From Collinsella sp. (GTDB lineage: Bacteria; Actinomycetota; Coriobacteriia; Coriobacteriales; Coriobacteriaceae): 64,000 nt of DNA. The translations under genes were made by a program, and so were the position numbers. Below are positions 8,671 through 17,010 of the stretch, in pieces. The notes under the pieces are model-generated. The model did not search any database. It worked only from the letters and a program-made list of their open reading frames with translations, and was not told the DNA's origin. Positions within the stretch are counted from its first letter, which is position 1. Each line of letters begins with the position of its first letter. The stretch is from the NCBI GenBank assembly GCA_019414565.1, contig DXLU01000007.1, positions 2,191 to 66,190 on the forward strand, in the 5' to 3' direction.

Positions 8671-10137
8671 CTAGAGACTCTTAATACGAGTACCCGCGGC
8701 CGTATCTTCAATCGTCAGCCCGAGGTCCTTGAGCTGGTCGCGGATGGCGTCGGCCAGATCCCAGTTCTTGGCGGCACGGGCCTCGGCACGGGCCTCGAGA
8801 ATCTTGGCAGCGGCCTCGTCCACGTCGTCACCCGTGTAGGCGACTAGGCCGGCGGCAACGCCCAGCAGGCCCAGCGGCAGCTCGACCTTGGGCTCGGGAA
8901 GCTCAACGCCAAATGTGTCGAGCAGCTCGACCAGCATATCGGCGGCGGCAAGCGCGGCGGCCTTGTCGGCAGCGTCGCCCGCCTGCTCCAGGTACTGGTT
9001 GCACTCGGTCACAAAGCCAAAGACAGCACCCATGGCACCGGCAGTGTTAAAGTCGTCGTCCATGCACTCCTTAAAGGCGGCACGGGTCTCGGCGGCCTTG
9101 GCGGCAAACGCCTCAGATGCTGCCTCATCGGCATCGGCCGCCGCATGGTTCGCGGCCCAGCGCAGGTTCTCGACCGTACCGGCGATACGCGTAAGCGAGT
9201 TCTCGGCACCCTCCAGGCGCTCCCAAGAAAAGTCGAGCGGCGAGCGATAGCTCGTCTGCAGCATAAGCAGGCGCAGGGCCGCAGCAGAGTGCTGTTCGAG
9301 CACCTCGGCCAGCGTAAAGAAGTTTCCGAGCGACTTGGACATCTTCTCGCCGTCTACCAGCAGCATGCCCGTGTGCATCCAGGTGTTGGAGAAACCCTGG
9401 TGCCAGGCGCAGGTGGCCTGGGCACACTCGTTCTCGTGATGCGGGAAGGCAAGGTCGGAGCCGCCGCCGTGGATGTCGATCGGGGTGCCCAGGTAGCGAT
9501 GCACCATGGCGGCGCACTCGGTGTGCCAACCGGGACGGCCTTCGCCCCAGGGGCTCGGCCAGCTGGGCTCGCCGGGCTTGGCGGCCTTCCACAGGGCAAA
9601 GTCGAGCGGGTCGTTCTTGTCCTCGTTCTCCTCGATGCGCGCGCCAACCATCAGATCGTCGATGTTGCGGCCCGAAACCTGACCATAGTTGGGATCGCTG
9701 CGCACGGCAAAGTACACGTCGCCGTTATCGGCGGCGTAGGCATGGCCCTGCTCGATAAGCGTCTTGATCATAGCGATCATGGGGCCGATCTCCTTGGTGG
9801 CGCGGGGGCGCACATCGGGATCGAGCACGTTGGCGGCACGCATGACGCCGATGAACTTGTCGGAGAACTCCGTCGCGACCTCGGCGGCCGTGCGGCCCTG
9901 CTCGTTGGCGCGCTTGATGATCTTGTCATCGACATCGGTGAGGTTCTGGGCGAACGTGACCTCGTAGCCGCTCGCGATGAGCCAGCGACGAATCACGTCA
10001 AAGCTGATGAACGTGCGAGCATTGCCGATGTGGATGTTGTCGTAGACCGTGGGGCCGCACACGTACATGCGAACCTTGCCGGACTCGATGGGCTGGAACT
10101 CTTCCTTTTTATGGGTAGCGCTGTTGTAGATACGCAT
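8671..10137 (-). CDS. cysS: Cysteine--tRNA ligase
   Basis: MYVCGPTVYDNIHIGNART carries the HIGH-type motif and KMSKSLGN is present. The product is full length. Confidence 0.97.
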   Translation of the reverse strand: MRIYNSATHKKEEFQPIESGKVRMYVCGPTVYDNIHIGNARTFISFDVIRRWLIASGYEVTFAQNLTDVDDKIIKRANEQGRTAAEVATEFSDKFIGVMRAANVLDPDVRPRATKEIGPMIAMIKTLIEQGHAYAADNGDVYFAVRSDPNYGQVSGRNIDDLMVGARIEENEDKNDPLDFALWKAAKPGEPSWPSPWGEGRPGWHTECAAMVHRYLGTPIDIHGGGSDLAFPHHENECAQATCAWHQGFSNTWMHTGMLLVDGEKMSKSLGNFFTLAEVLEQHSAAALRLLMLQTSYRSPLDFSWERLEGAENSLTRIAGTVENLRWAANHAAADADEAASEAFAAKAAETRAAFKECMDDDFNTAGAMGAVFGFVTECNQYLEQAGDAADKAAALAAADMLVELLDTFGVELPEPKVELPLGLLGVAAGLVAYTGDDVDEAAAKILEARAEARAAKNWDLADAIRDQLKDLGLTIEDTAAGTRIKSL

Positions 10138-10140
10138 TCG

Positions 10141-10635
10141 TTACTCCTTAACGGTTTTCTGTAGCAGGCAGACGGCCCAGGCGCCAATTCCCTCGCCCTG
10201 GCCTTCCCAACCGAGCTTTTCGGTCGTGGTGGCGGCGACGCCCACGTTTTCGACGTCGACACCCAGGGCATGGGCAAGGTTGGCGCGCATGGCATCGCGG
10301 TGCGGAGTGATCTTGGGTTGCTGGCAGGCAATGGTGCAATCGGCATCGACAAACTCAAAGCCAAGCTCGCGCGCATAGTCCATCACGCGAGCGAGCAGCA
10401 CCATCGAATCGGCACCCTCGTAGGCGGGATCGGTGTCGGGGAATAGCTTGCCGATATCTCCCCCGCGGCAGGCGCCCAGAATGGCGTCGGCCAAGGCGTG
10501 CGCGAGCACATCGGCATCCGAGTGGCCCAGCAGGCCGCGCTCGTAGGGAATGTCAACCCCGCCGATGATACATCGACGCCCCTCCACCAAACGGTGGACG
10601 TCGTAGCCGTGGCCAATGCGCAGGTTACTGAACAT
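10141..10635 (-). CDS. ispF: 2-C-methyl-D-erythritol 2,4-cyclodiphosphate synthase
   Basis: RIGHGYDVHRL ... GHSDADVLAHA ... FPDTDP are signature motifs. Confidence 0.96.
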   Translation of the reverse strand: MFSNLRIGHGYDVHRLVEGRRCIIGGVDIPYERGLLGHSDADVLAHALADAILGACRGGDIGKLFPDTDPAYEGADSMVLLARVMDYARELGFEFVDADCTIACQQPKITPHRDAMRANLAHALGVDVENVGVAATTTEKLGWEGQGEGIGAWAVCLLQKTVKE

Positions 10636-11353
10636 GGGGAAGGTCCTCTCCCTCGGCCATGCGACCGAGCAGAATCGCGGTTACGGGACGCAGGTCCTCG
10701 GGCACCGTCACCTTAAGGTTATCGCGCGGGCTCTGGACACAGCGGACGCGCCCGCCCATGCGCTCGACCAGCGATGAATCGTCGGTGCCGATAAAGCCCT
10801 CGGCGATAGCAGCGGCGTGAGCGCGCTTCATGGCGTCGACGCTAAAGATCTGCGGCGTCTGCGCGGCCCAATAGAGCTCGCGCGGCGGCGTCTCGACGAT
10901 GTTGTCGCCATCGACGATCTTGAGCGTGTCGATGGCAGGCTGGCCGCACACGACGCCGTCGAGGGCACGGTCGCCCACAAGCACGTCGATCGCATGATCG
11001 ATGGCCTCGGTCGTAATGAGCGGACGGGCGCCGTCGTGGATGGCGACATATTCGAAACCCGCCGGAGCCGCATGCACGCCGGCACGGGTGGAATCCTGGC
11101 GGGTCTCGCCGGCATCGGCAAAGCTGATGGGCGTGTCATAGTCAAACGGGTCGATGGCCAGGCGGCGCATCTCGGCACGGCGCTCGGAAGGACACACCAC
11201 CACGATGTGGCCGACCTTATTGCTACGGTCAAATGCGCGGATAGACCAGCTCATGAGCGGACGGCCCGCCACGTTAACGAGCTGCTTGCCGCCGGGATTT
11301 CCAAAGCGCTGGCCACTGCCGCCGGCAACGACCACGGCGCATACGGGCGCCAT
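10625..11353 (-). CDS. ispD: 2-C-methyl-D-erythritol 4-phosphate cytidylyltransferase
   Basis: The product begins MAPVCAVVVAGGSGQRFG. The start overlaps the disA stop as TAATG. The 150-aa Arg-rich N-terminal extension in the ORF track overlaps disA and is rejected. Confidence 0.93.
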   Translation of the reverse strand: MAPVCAVVVAGGSGQRFGNPGGKQLVNVAGRPLMSWSIRAFDRSNKVGHIVVVCPSERRAEMRRLAIDPFDYDTPISFADAGETRQDSTRAGVHAAPAGFEYVAIHDGARPLITTEAIDHAIDVLVGDRALDGVVCGQPAIDTLKIVDGDNIVETPPRELYWAAQTPQIFSVDAMKRAHAAAIAEGFIGTDDSSLVERMGGRVRCVQSPRDNLKVTVPEDLRPVTAILLGRMAEGEDLPHVQ

Positions 11354-12420
11354 TATGCGTTCCCCTGTTTGGTGCCCTTCATGCGGTACAGGGAGTCCGC
11401 AAGAATGGCAGGGTTGTTGACGCCAAAGTCGCCTAGGCGCTCCGGATCCTCGCTGATGTCGTCCATGAGCTCCTGCAGCGATCCATACTCGTCGACGATC
11501 TTCTCGGCCACGCCGTCGCGCACGACGGACACGCGCGAAAGCGTGCGCAGGCCCAGCGGTGTCATGACGGAGTCCTCGTCCAGGTCGTCGTAACCCAGAA
11601 CCGCCGCCACATGCTGCGGGTCGGACAAGTCCTTGGGCGTCATACGGCTCAGGTTGGCGCGGATCTTTTCGGCATTGGCCTCGGAGGAATCGCTCGCATA
11701 GTCGCGAATCATCAGGTCGTACTCGGTATCCATGCTGGAGCCGGCGAGCTGCTCGAGCTGCATCTGCACGAGCTTGCCCTGGTTGCCCAGCTTGACAATG
11801 CAATCCTTAAGTTCGGTCTTTGCCTGCTGCATGATCTCGAAGCTCGAGAAAATCCCGGTAATGTCGGCGAGCGTAACGTAGTCGTCGAGCTCGAGGGCCG
11901 TCAGGCGCAGCAGGGAGCGGTCGAGCGACTGACGGGTAGTCTGGAGCGTGGCGACGAGCTGGTTGACCGAGCTCATGATGGTGGTGACGGGCTGGATCTC
12001 GTAGCTCTTGCCGTGAACGTACACGTTGACGACGGCACGACGGGCCGAGACCGAGATCACGATGGCATCCGTGAGCACCGACATGCGGGCGGCGGTGCGG
12101 TGACGCATGCCCGTCTCACTCGTGGCAAGCGAGGGATCGGGATTGAGGTGGAAGTTGGCGCGCAGGATCTGGGTGAGGTCGCCGTCGATGACGATGGCGC
12201 CGTCCATCTTGGAAAGCTCGAACAGGCGGTTCGAGGTAAACGAAATGTTGAGCGGGAAGCCGTCGTTACCAGCAGCGAGCACGTTTTCGGCGTCGCCGAC
12301 GCAAATAAGAGCGCCCAGGTGACCAGCAATGATCATGTCGAGGGCGGTGCGGATCGGCTGGCCAGGTGCCGTCAGGCGGATGGCCTGTTCCATACGCTTT
12401 TGCAGCTCGTTCTTATCCAA
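11353..12420 (-). CDS. disA: DNA integrity scanning protein DisA (diadenylate cyclase)
   Basis: The DAC domain is recognisable (GALICVGD ... DGAIVID ... GMRHRTAARMS) with a C-terminal HhH region. Confidence 0.94.
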   Translation of the reverse strand: MDKNELQKRMEQAIRLTAPGQPIRTALDMIIAGHLGALICVGDAENVLAAGNDGFPLNISFTSNRLFELSKMDGAIVIDGDLTQILRANFHLNPDPSLATSETGMRHRTAARMSVLTDAIVISVSARRAVVNVYVHGKSYEIQPVTTIMSSVNQLVATLQTTRQSLDRSLLRLTALELDDYVTLADITGIFSSFEIMQQAKTELKDCIVKLGNQGKLVQMQLEQLAGSSMDTEYDLMIRDYASDSSEANAEKIRANLSRMTPKDLSDPQHVAAVLGYDDLDEDSVMTPLGLRTLSRVSVVRDGVAEKIVDEYGSLQELMDDISEDPERLGDFGVNNPAILADSLYRMKGTKQGNA

Positions 12421-12574
12421 GGCATCGCTCCCATCGCATACGCTCCATAAACGCTAAATAGTTTCTCACGGTTTGTCCCCGCGGCGCTCGCGAAATCCGA
12501 TGCTTACAGAATGAGCGAACACCGCTGAGAGCCTCAACCCAAATGAGCTGTTCATGTGGTAGCATCGGGATTCA

Positions 12575-12716
12575 CATGAATGAGGGAGTAGTCGCGTGAC
12601 CGGGTTCGCCTCCGGTGGCGCGGCAAGTCAACATACTGGCCGACACGGTCTGGCTTGCCTTAATGAACGAGACTCGTGGTTGTACGCGCGGCGCGTACGC
12701 CACGGGTCTTTTTTGT
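12575..12716 (+). promoter_or_regulatory. yybP-ykoY (Mn2+) riboswitch with terminator expression platform
   Basis: Conserved elements GAGGGAGTAG (12582), GTCAACATAC (12627) and ACGAGAC (12667) are present. A hairpin (gtacgcg cgg cgcgtac) plus a TCTTTTTT tract follows. The element lies directly upstream of mntP, the canonical target gene. Confidence 0.75.
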
Positions 12717-12769
12717 TGCTCCCCTGTCAGAAGTACACGCGGGTTCGCCCGCAAGGAGGGAGCCAAACC

Positions 12770-13348
12770 ATGGGACTCGTAGAGCTCGTGCTGCTCGCCA
12801 TTGGCCTTTCGATGGACGCCTTTGCCGTATCCATCTGCAAGGGCCTTGGCATGAAGAAGATCAACCTTAAGGTCGCCGTAGTGCTCGGCCTGTTCTTTGG
12901 CGGCTTCCAGGCCGGCATGCCCGTGATCGGATGGGCGCTTGGCAGCCAGTTTATGGGCATCATCGGCCCCATCGACCATTGGATTGCCTTTATCCTTTTG
13001 GCCTTCATCGGCGGCAAAATGCTGTGGGAGGCTTTTACCGAGGACGAGGATGAAGGCGACGGCAAGAATGCCGAAAAGATTGAACTGAGCGAGTACCTGA
13101 TCCTCGCCATCGCCACTTCAATCGACGCCCTGGCCGTGGGCATCTCGTTCGCCGCGCTTTCGGTCGACATCGTTCCCGCTGTATCGCTTATCGGCGTCAC
13201 AACGTTTATCTTCTCCGTCGCCGGCGTAGCGATCGGCCACACCTTTGGCGCGCGCTACGAAAAACCTGCCACCATCGTGGGCGGCATCGTGCTCATCCTC
13301 ATCGGACTTAAGATCTTGCTTGAGCATCTGGGGATTTTGGCGCTGTAA
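12770..13348 (+). CDS. mntP: Manganese efflux pump MntP
   Basis: MGLVELVLLAIGLSMDAFAVSI ... ATSIDALAVGISFA shows the duplicated DUF204 motifs. The SD is AAGGAGGG. The ORF-track start at 12596 lies inside the riboswitch. Confidence 0.92.
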   Translation: MGLVELVLLAIGLSMDAFAVSICKGLGMKKINLKVAVVLGLFFGGFQAGMPVIGWALGSQFMGIIGPIDHWIAFILLAFIGGKMLWEAFTEDEDEGDGKNAEKIELSEYLILAIATSIDALAVGISFAALSVDIVPAVSLIGVTTFIFSVAGVAIGHTFGARYEKPATIVGGIVLILIGLKILLEHLGILAL

Positions 13349-13384
13349 CGCCAAACACAATCGCTCAAAACTCAACGCCAGTAC

Positions 13385-13418
13385 AAGGCCTCATGCAAAG
13401 TTTTGCATGAGGCCTTTT
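13385..13418 (+). terminator. Rho-independent terminator after mntP
   Basis: The stem aaggcctcatgcaaa / tttgcatgaggcctt is followed by TTTT. Confidence 0.75.
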
Positions 13419-13419
13419 C

Positions 13420-13462
13420 GTGCAGACTTTTGCATGTCATACTGATATGCAAAAGTCTGCAC
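13420..13462. promoter_or_regulatory. Perfect 16-bp inverted repeat (GTGCAGACTTTTGCAT-N11-ATGCAAAAGTCTGCAC), candidate HipB operator overlapping an extended -10
   Basis: The repeat ends 14 nt upstream of the hipB GTG. The spacer contains TGtCATACT. The half-site ATGCAAA/TTTGCAT also forms the top of the preceding terminator stem. Confidence 0.55.
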
Positions 13463-13476
13463 GTTAGGAGATCGCC

Positions 13477-13908
13477 GTGAATACCCTTCCCATCACCACA
13501 CCGCGCCAAGCTGGCATCTACGTGCGCCAGGCACGCGAGGCTCAGGGTCTCACCCGTGCCGCCCTCGCCAAAACGGCCAGTGTTTCAGAGCGCCTGCTCG
13601 CATCGCTCGAGCTAGGAGACGCCACCGGCATTCGACTCGACAAGTTGCTGTCCGTCTTTAACGCACTCGGCATAGGTCTCTTTGCGCAAAGCGATAACGA
13701 CTCCATCGCATCGCCCTCCGAACATCCGACGACGAAAGCGGACCTCCCTATCGCGAACTCGAATGCCCTGCCAAAGCCAAGCGTAGGCAGACGACCCGCT
13801 CGACAAGGAACGCCATCTTCCTATGGTGCCTTGCTGGCCCAAATCGCAGCCGAGCAAGGCCTTTCCGACACTTCAGACCTCTCCTTTGACTGTAAGGTTG
13901 TGAAATAA
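13477..13908 (+). CDS. hipB: XRE-family HTH antitoxin, HipB-like
   Basis: The HTH region is VRQAREAQGLTRAALAKTASVSERLLASLELG. The start is GTG with an AGGAG SD. The gene abuts hipA: its stop is immediately followed by the hipA ATG. Confidence 0.8.
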   Translation: MNTLPITTPRQAGIYVRQAREAQGLTRAALAKTASVSERLLASLELGDATGIRLDKLLSVFNALGIGLFAQSDNDSIASPSEHPTTKADLPIANSNALPKPSVGRRPARQGTPSSYGALLAQIAAEQGLSDTSDLSFDCKVVK

Positions 13909-15213
13909 ATGGCAGAGATGGAGCTTGCGACCCTCATTTGTGGCGAAATCGCAGGCACTCTCCGGCAAGACGAGCATGGACTCTGCAGCTTTGTATACGC
14001 CCCAACCTATCGCGGAGCACCACTATCGCTTACAATGCCGCTTTCCAATCGCACGTATGGCCATAACATCGTCCGCCCGTTCCTATTTGGCCTTTTGCCC
14101 GACAGCCAAGAGCAGCGTCGCGCTATTGCCGCCGAGCATGACGTTGCATCCAACAACCCCGTCGCCCTCTTGTGCCATATCGGTCTTGACTGCGCAGGGG
14201 CCGTTCAGTTTTGTCGAACCGATCAATTAGGCGCCGCCCGCGGCAGGGTCTCGGCATACCGCCCGCTTACCAATTCTCAAATCGCTCACAAGCTCAAAGC
14301 AATTCGCGATGACGAAAGAGAGACATGGATGGGCTCCAACGAAAGCTGGTCCCTGGGCGGCAACCAAGGCAAATTTGCACTAGCTTGGCATGATGGCCAA
14401 TGGTGCGAATGTCTAGGGTCATCCCCCACTACCCATATCTTCAAAAATGGTGTCGTTGGGTTCAAACATCAGGCCTTAAACGAATTCGTCTGCATGAAAA
14501 CGGCTCGGCGTGTTGGCATTCCAACTGCCAACGTCTCCTATTGCACATTTGAAGACGAAGCCGCGCTCGTCGTTGAACGGTACGACAGAATTGTCAATAG
14601 CAGCGGAAATATCGAAAGGCTGCATCAGGAGGACTTTTGCCAGGCGCTCGGTGTATTGCCAAGCCAGAAATACACCGCCGACGGAGGACCAACCACACGA
14701 GACATCCAAGAACGACTGATTAACACAGTCCCCCACCACATGAATCTTGTGCTTTTTACCTATATGTTGTTCTATAACGCCATTATCGGAGCGCCTGACG
14801 CACACGCTAAAAACTACTCGCTCATCCTAGGTAAAGGCACAAACGCAGCGCTCGCACCCATGTACGATGTCGCATCGGGCTTGGCGTACGAGCGTATGCG
14901 CCGCCGGGCGCGCCTTGCCATGAGCGTTGGCGGCGAAAATCGAGTGGGGCGCATCGGTCCAGGCGCTATCCGCCGATACCACGGTATGGGCGACCCCGCG
15001 CTGGAGGCGGCGCTCACCGATGCCGGGCTATCCGAGAAGTTTTGCTTTGCGACCATGATGGACCTCGCCTACGAGGTGCCCATTTGCATGGAAGAGATCA
15101 TGGACGAATACGCCGACCTGCCCGGCATGGCGGACCTGCGCGAGCACATGCTCGGCCCCGTCCGCGAAAACTGCCAGCGCACCCTCGACCTCATCAAGGC
15201 GGATATGGGCTAG
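13909..15213 (+). CDS. hipA: HipA-family serine/threonine kinase toxin (type II TA)
   Basis: The HipA N-terminal couple domain is present (PLSLTMPL ... PFLFGLLPDS ... LDCAGAVQF). The C-terminal kinase core is also present (SLGGNQGKF ... GAPDAHAKNYSL ... APMYDV). Confidence 0.9.
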   Translation: MAEMELATLICGEIAGTLRQDEHGLCSFVYAPTYRGAPLSLTMPLSNRTYGHNIVRPFLFGLLPDSQEQRRAIAAEHDVASNNPVALLCHIGLDCAGAVQFCRTDQLGAARGRVSAYRPLTNSQIAHKLKAIRDDERETWMGSNESWSLGGNQGKFALAWHDGQWCECLGSSPTTHIFKNGVVGFKHQALNEFVCMKTARRVGIPTANVSYCTFEDEAALVVERYDRIVNSSGNIERLHQEDFCQALGVLPSQKYTADGGPTTRDIQERLINTVPHHMNLVLFTYMLFYNAIIGAPDAHAKNYSLILGKGTNAALAPMYDVASGLAYERMRRRARLAMSVGGENRVGRIGPGAIRRYHGMGDPALEAALTDAGLSEKFCFATMMDLAYEVPICMEEIMDEYADLPGMADLREHMLGPVRENCQRTLDLIKADMG

Positions 15214-15235
15214 GCGCCAATCAATCCACATTTCT

Positions 15236-15283
15236 TAAAAGAAGAGGGGGGCACCCGTCGCAAAAGTTCGGATGCCCCCTCTC
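15236..15283 (-). terminator. Terminator after pepD (hairpin between convergent hipA and pepD)
   Basis: The stem GAGGGGGCA/TGCCCCCCTC is followed by TTCTTTT on the minus strand. Confidence 0.6.
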
Positions 15284-15338
15284 GTAATGTCATTTGCAAT
15301 CCGCTAGCACGTGGCTCGAACTGCTGCTAGCGCGACCC

Positions 15339-16796
15339 TTACGCGGCAAGGCGCTTGAGGACGTCGATGAGCAGCTCGTAGAAGCGCTCGGCAGAAGCGA
15401 GCTCCATGCTCTCGTCCGGGGTGTGGACATCGGAGAGCGTCGGGCCCACGGCGATGGCGTCCAGGCCGTGCAGGGCCTCAGCAAACAGGCCGCACTCAAG
15501 GCCAGCGTGAATGGACTCGATGCGCAGCTCGGAGCCAAAGAGCTCGCGATAGCTCTCGACAAAAACGTCGCGGACCGGCGAATGCTCGGCATAGCTCCAG
15601 CCGGGATACTCGAACTCGAACTTGGCGTCGAAGCCCAAGACATCGGCCAGCGTCTGCAGGCGGTCCTTGAACTCGTTCTGCAGCGAGGTGATCGAGGAGC
15701 GCGGGGACAGCATGATCTTGACCTGGTCGTCGGAAGTGGCGACCACGCCGATGTTGGAGGAAACCTCGACGGAGCCGTCAGTGGCGACGTTGCGGCGAAT
15801 CACGCCGTTAGGGGCAAGACGCAGGGCGCGGATGAGGGCAAGCGCGGACTTCTGATCCATGGCCTCGACCTCGGCGTCGTCGGCAATCTCGACGGTGCAG
15901 GTAAAGCCGGGGTCGAAGACCTCGAGCTCGGCAGTGACGTCGGCGATGATGTCCTTTGCGATCTGGGCCGCGGCCTCGGCGGCAGCGTGGTCGGCGTAAA
16001 CCAGCTCGGCCTTGCACTCACGGTTGATGGCGTTGTCCTTAGTGCCGCCGTTAAAGCTAACGATGGCGGGCTCGCCGGCGACCATCAGACGGTCGATGAT
16101 GCGGGCCATGATGAGGTTGCCGTTGCCGCGCTCCAGGTTGATATCGTTGCCGGAATGACCACCCAGTAGGCCGGAGATGTCGAGCGTGAGGGTGCTGCCG
16201 GTCTTGTGCTCGCGCACGATGGGGCAGGTGTAGGTAACAACGACGCCGCCAGCGCAGCTGACGGTGGCAACGCCCTCTTCCTCGGAGTCAAGGTTAATCA
16301 TGGTGCGGGCGCTAATCTGGGACTTGTCGAGCGTCTCGGCGCCGACCAGGCCAGTCTCCTCATCGGTGGTGAATACGCACTCGAGGGCGGGGTGAGCAAT
16401 CGAATCGTCGTTGAGCACAGTAAGCATCAGAGCGACAGCAATACCGTTGTCGGCGCCCAGGGTGGTGCCGTTAGCGGTGAGGACGCCGTCCTTCACGACC
16501 AGGTCGATACCGTCGGTCGTAAAGTCGTGCTCAACAGAGCCCAACTTGTCGCACACCATATCGATGTGGCCCTGCAGCATCACAGTCGGGGCATTCTCGG
16601 CGCCGGCAGAAGCGGGCTTGCGAATGATGACGTTGTAGACCTCGTCCTGGTACACATCGAGGCCGCGCTCCTTGGCAAACGCAACCAGGAAATCGCTGAT
16701 GCCCTTCTCGTTGCCAGACCCACGGGGGATCGCGCTGACCTCCTCAAAGAAATGGAACAGCTGGGCGGGCTCGTAGCCGGTGATCTTGTAATCCAT
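15339..16796 (-). CDS. pepD: Aminoacyl-histidine dipeptidase PepD (M20C)
   Basis: The product begins MDYKITGYEPAQLFHFFEEVSAIPRGSGNE and contains GHIDMV and LGADNG. The start is placed at Met36 of the ORF, which has an AAGGAGG SD. Confidence 0.92.
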   Translation of the reverse strand: MDYKITGYEPAQLFHFFEEVSAIPRGSGNEKGISDFLVAFAKERGLDVYQDEVYNVIIRKPASAGAENAPTVMLQGHIDMVCDKLGSVEHDFTTDGIDLVVKDGVLTANGTTLGADNGIAVALMLTVLNDDSIAHPALECVFTTDEETGLVGAETLDKSQISARTMINLDSEEEGVATVSCAGGVVVTYTCPIVREHKTGSTLTLDISGLLGGHSGNDINLERGNGNLIMARIIDRLMVAGEPAIVSFNGGTKDNAINRECKAELVYADHAAAEAAAQIAKDIIADVTAELEVFDPGFTCTVEIADDAEVEAMDQKSALALIRALRLAPNGVIRRNVATDGSVEVSSNIGVVATSDDQVKIMLSPRSSITSLQNEFKDRLQTLADVLGFDAKFEFEYPGWSYAEHSPVRDVFVESYRELFGSELRIESIHAGLECGLFAEALHGLDAIAVGPTLSDVHTPDESMELASAERFYELLIDVLKRLAA

Positions 16797-16949
16797 GGTG
16801 CCTCCTTGGCGCAACTGGTTAGACAGTAAGACATGCGCCTTGTATATTCCCAGACTTTGCGTGCATAAACCAGTCGAAAACGCCGAGCGCCCTCGCATCA
16901 TCGGCTAACGGTGGACCGTATAGCGTAACGGTCACAACTTCCGCAGCTC

Positions 16950-16985
16950 TACAAATCGAGGCGCCCTTTCCGGAGCGCCTCGATT
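16950..16985 (-). terminator. Rho-independent terminator after clpC
   Basis: The stem AATCGAGGCGC / GCGCCTCGATT is followed by TGTAG/T-rich sequence on the minus strand, about 25 nt past the clpC stop. Confidence 0.6.
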
Positions 16986-17010
16986 GCGCGTATCAAATTG
17001 TCGCCACGCC

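Noticed and set aside
10625-11803. A 392-aa version of ispD with a 150-aa Arg-rich N-terminal extension.
   Set aside because: The extension overlaps disA out of frame. The canonical IspD N-terminus (MAPVCAVVVAGGSGQRFG) starts at 11353, with TAATG coupling to the disA stop.
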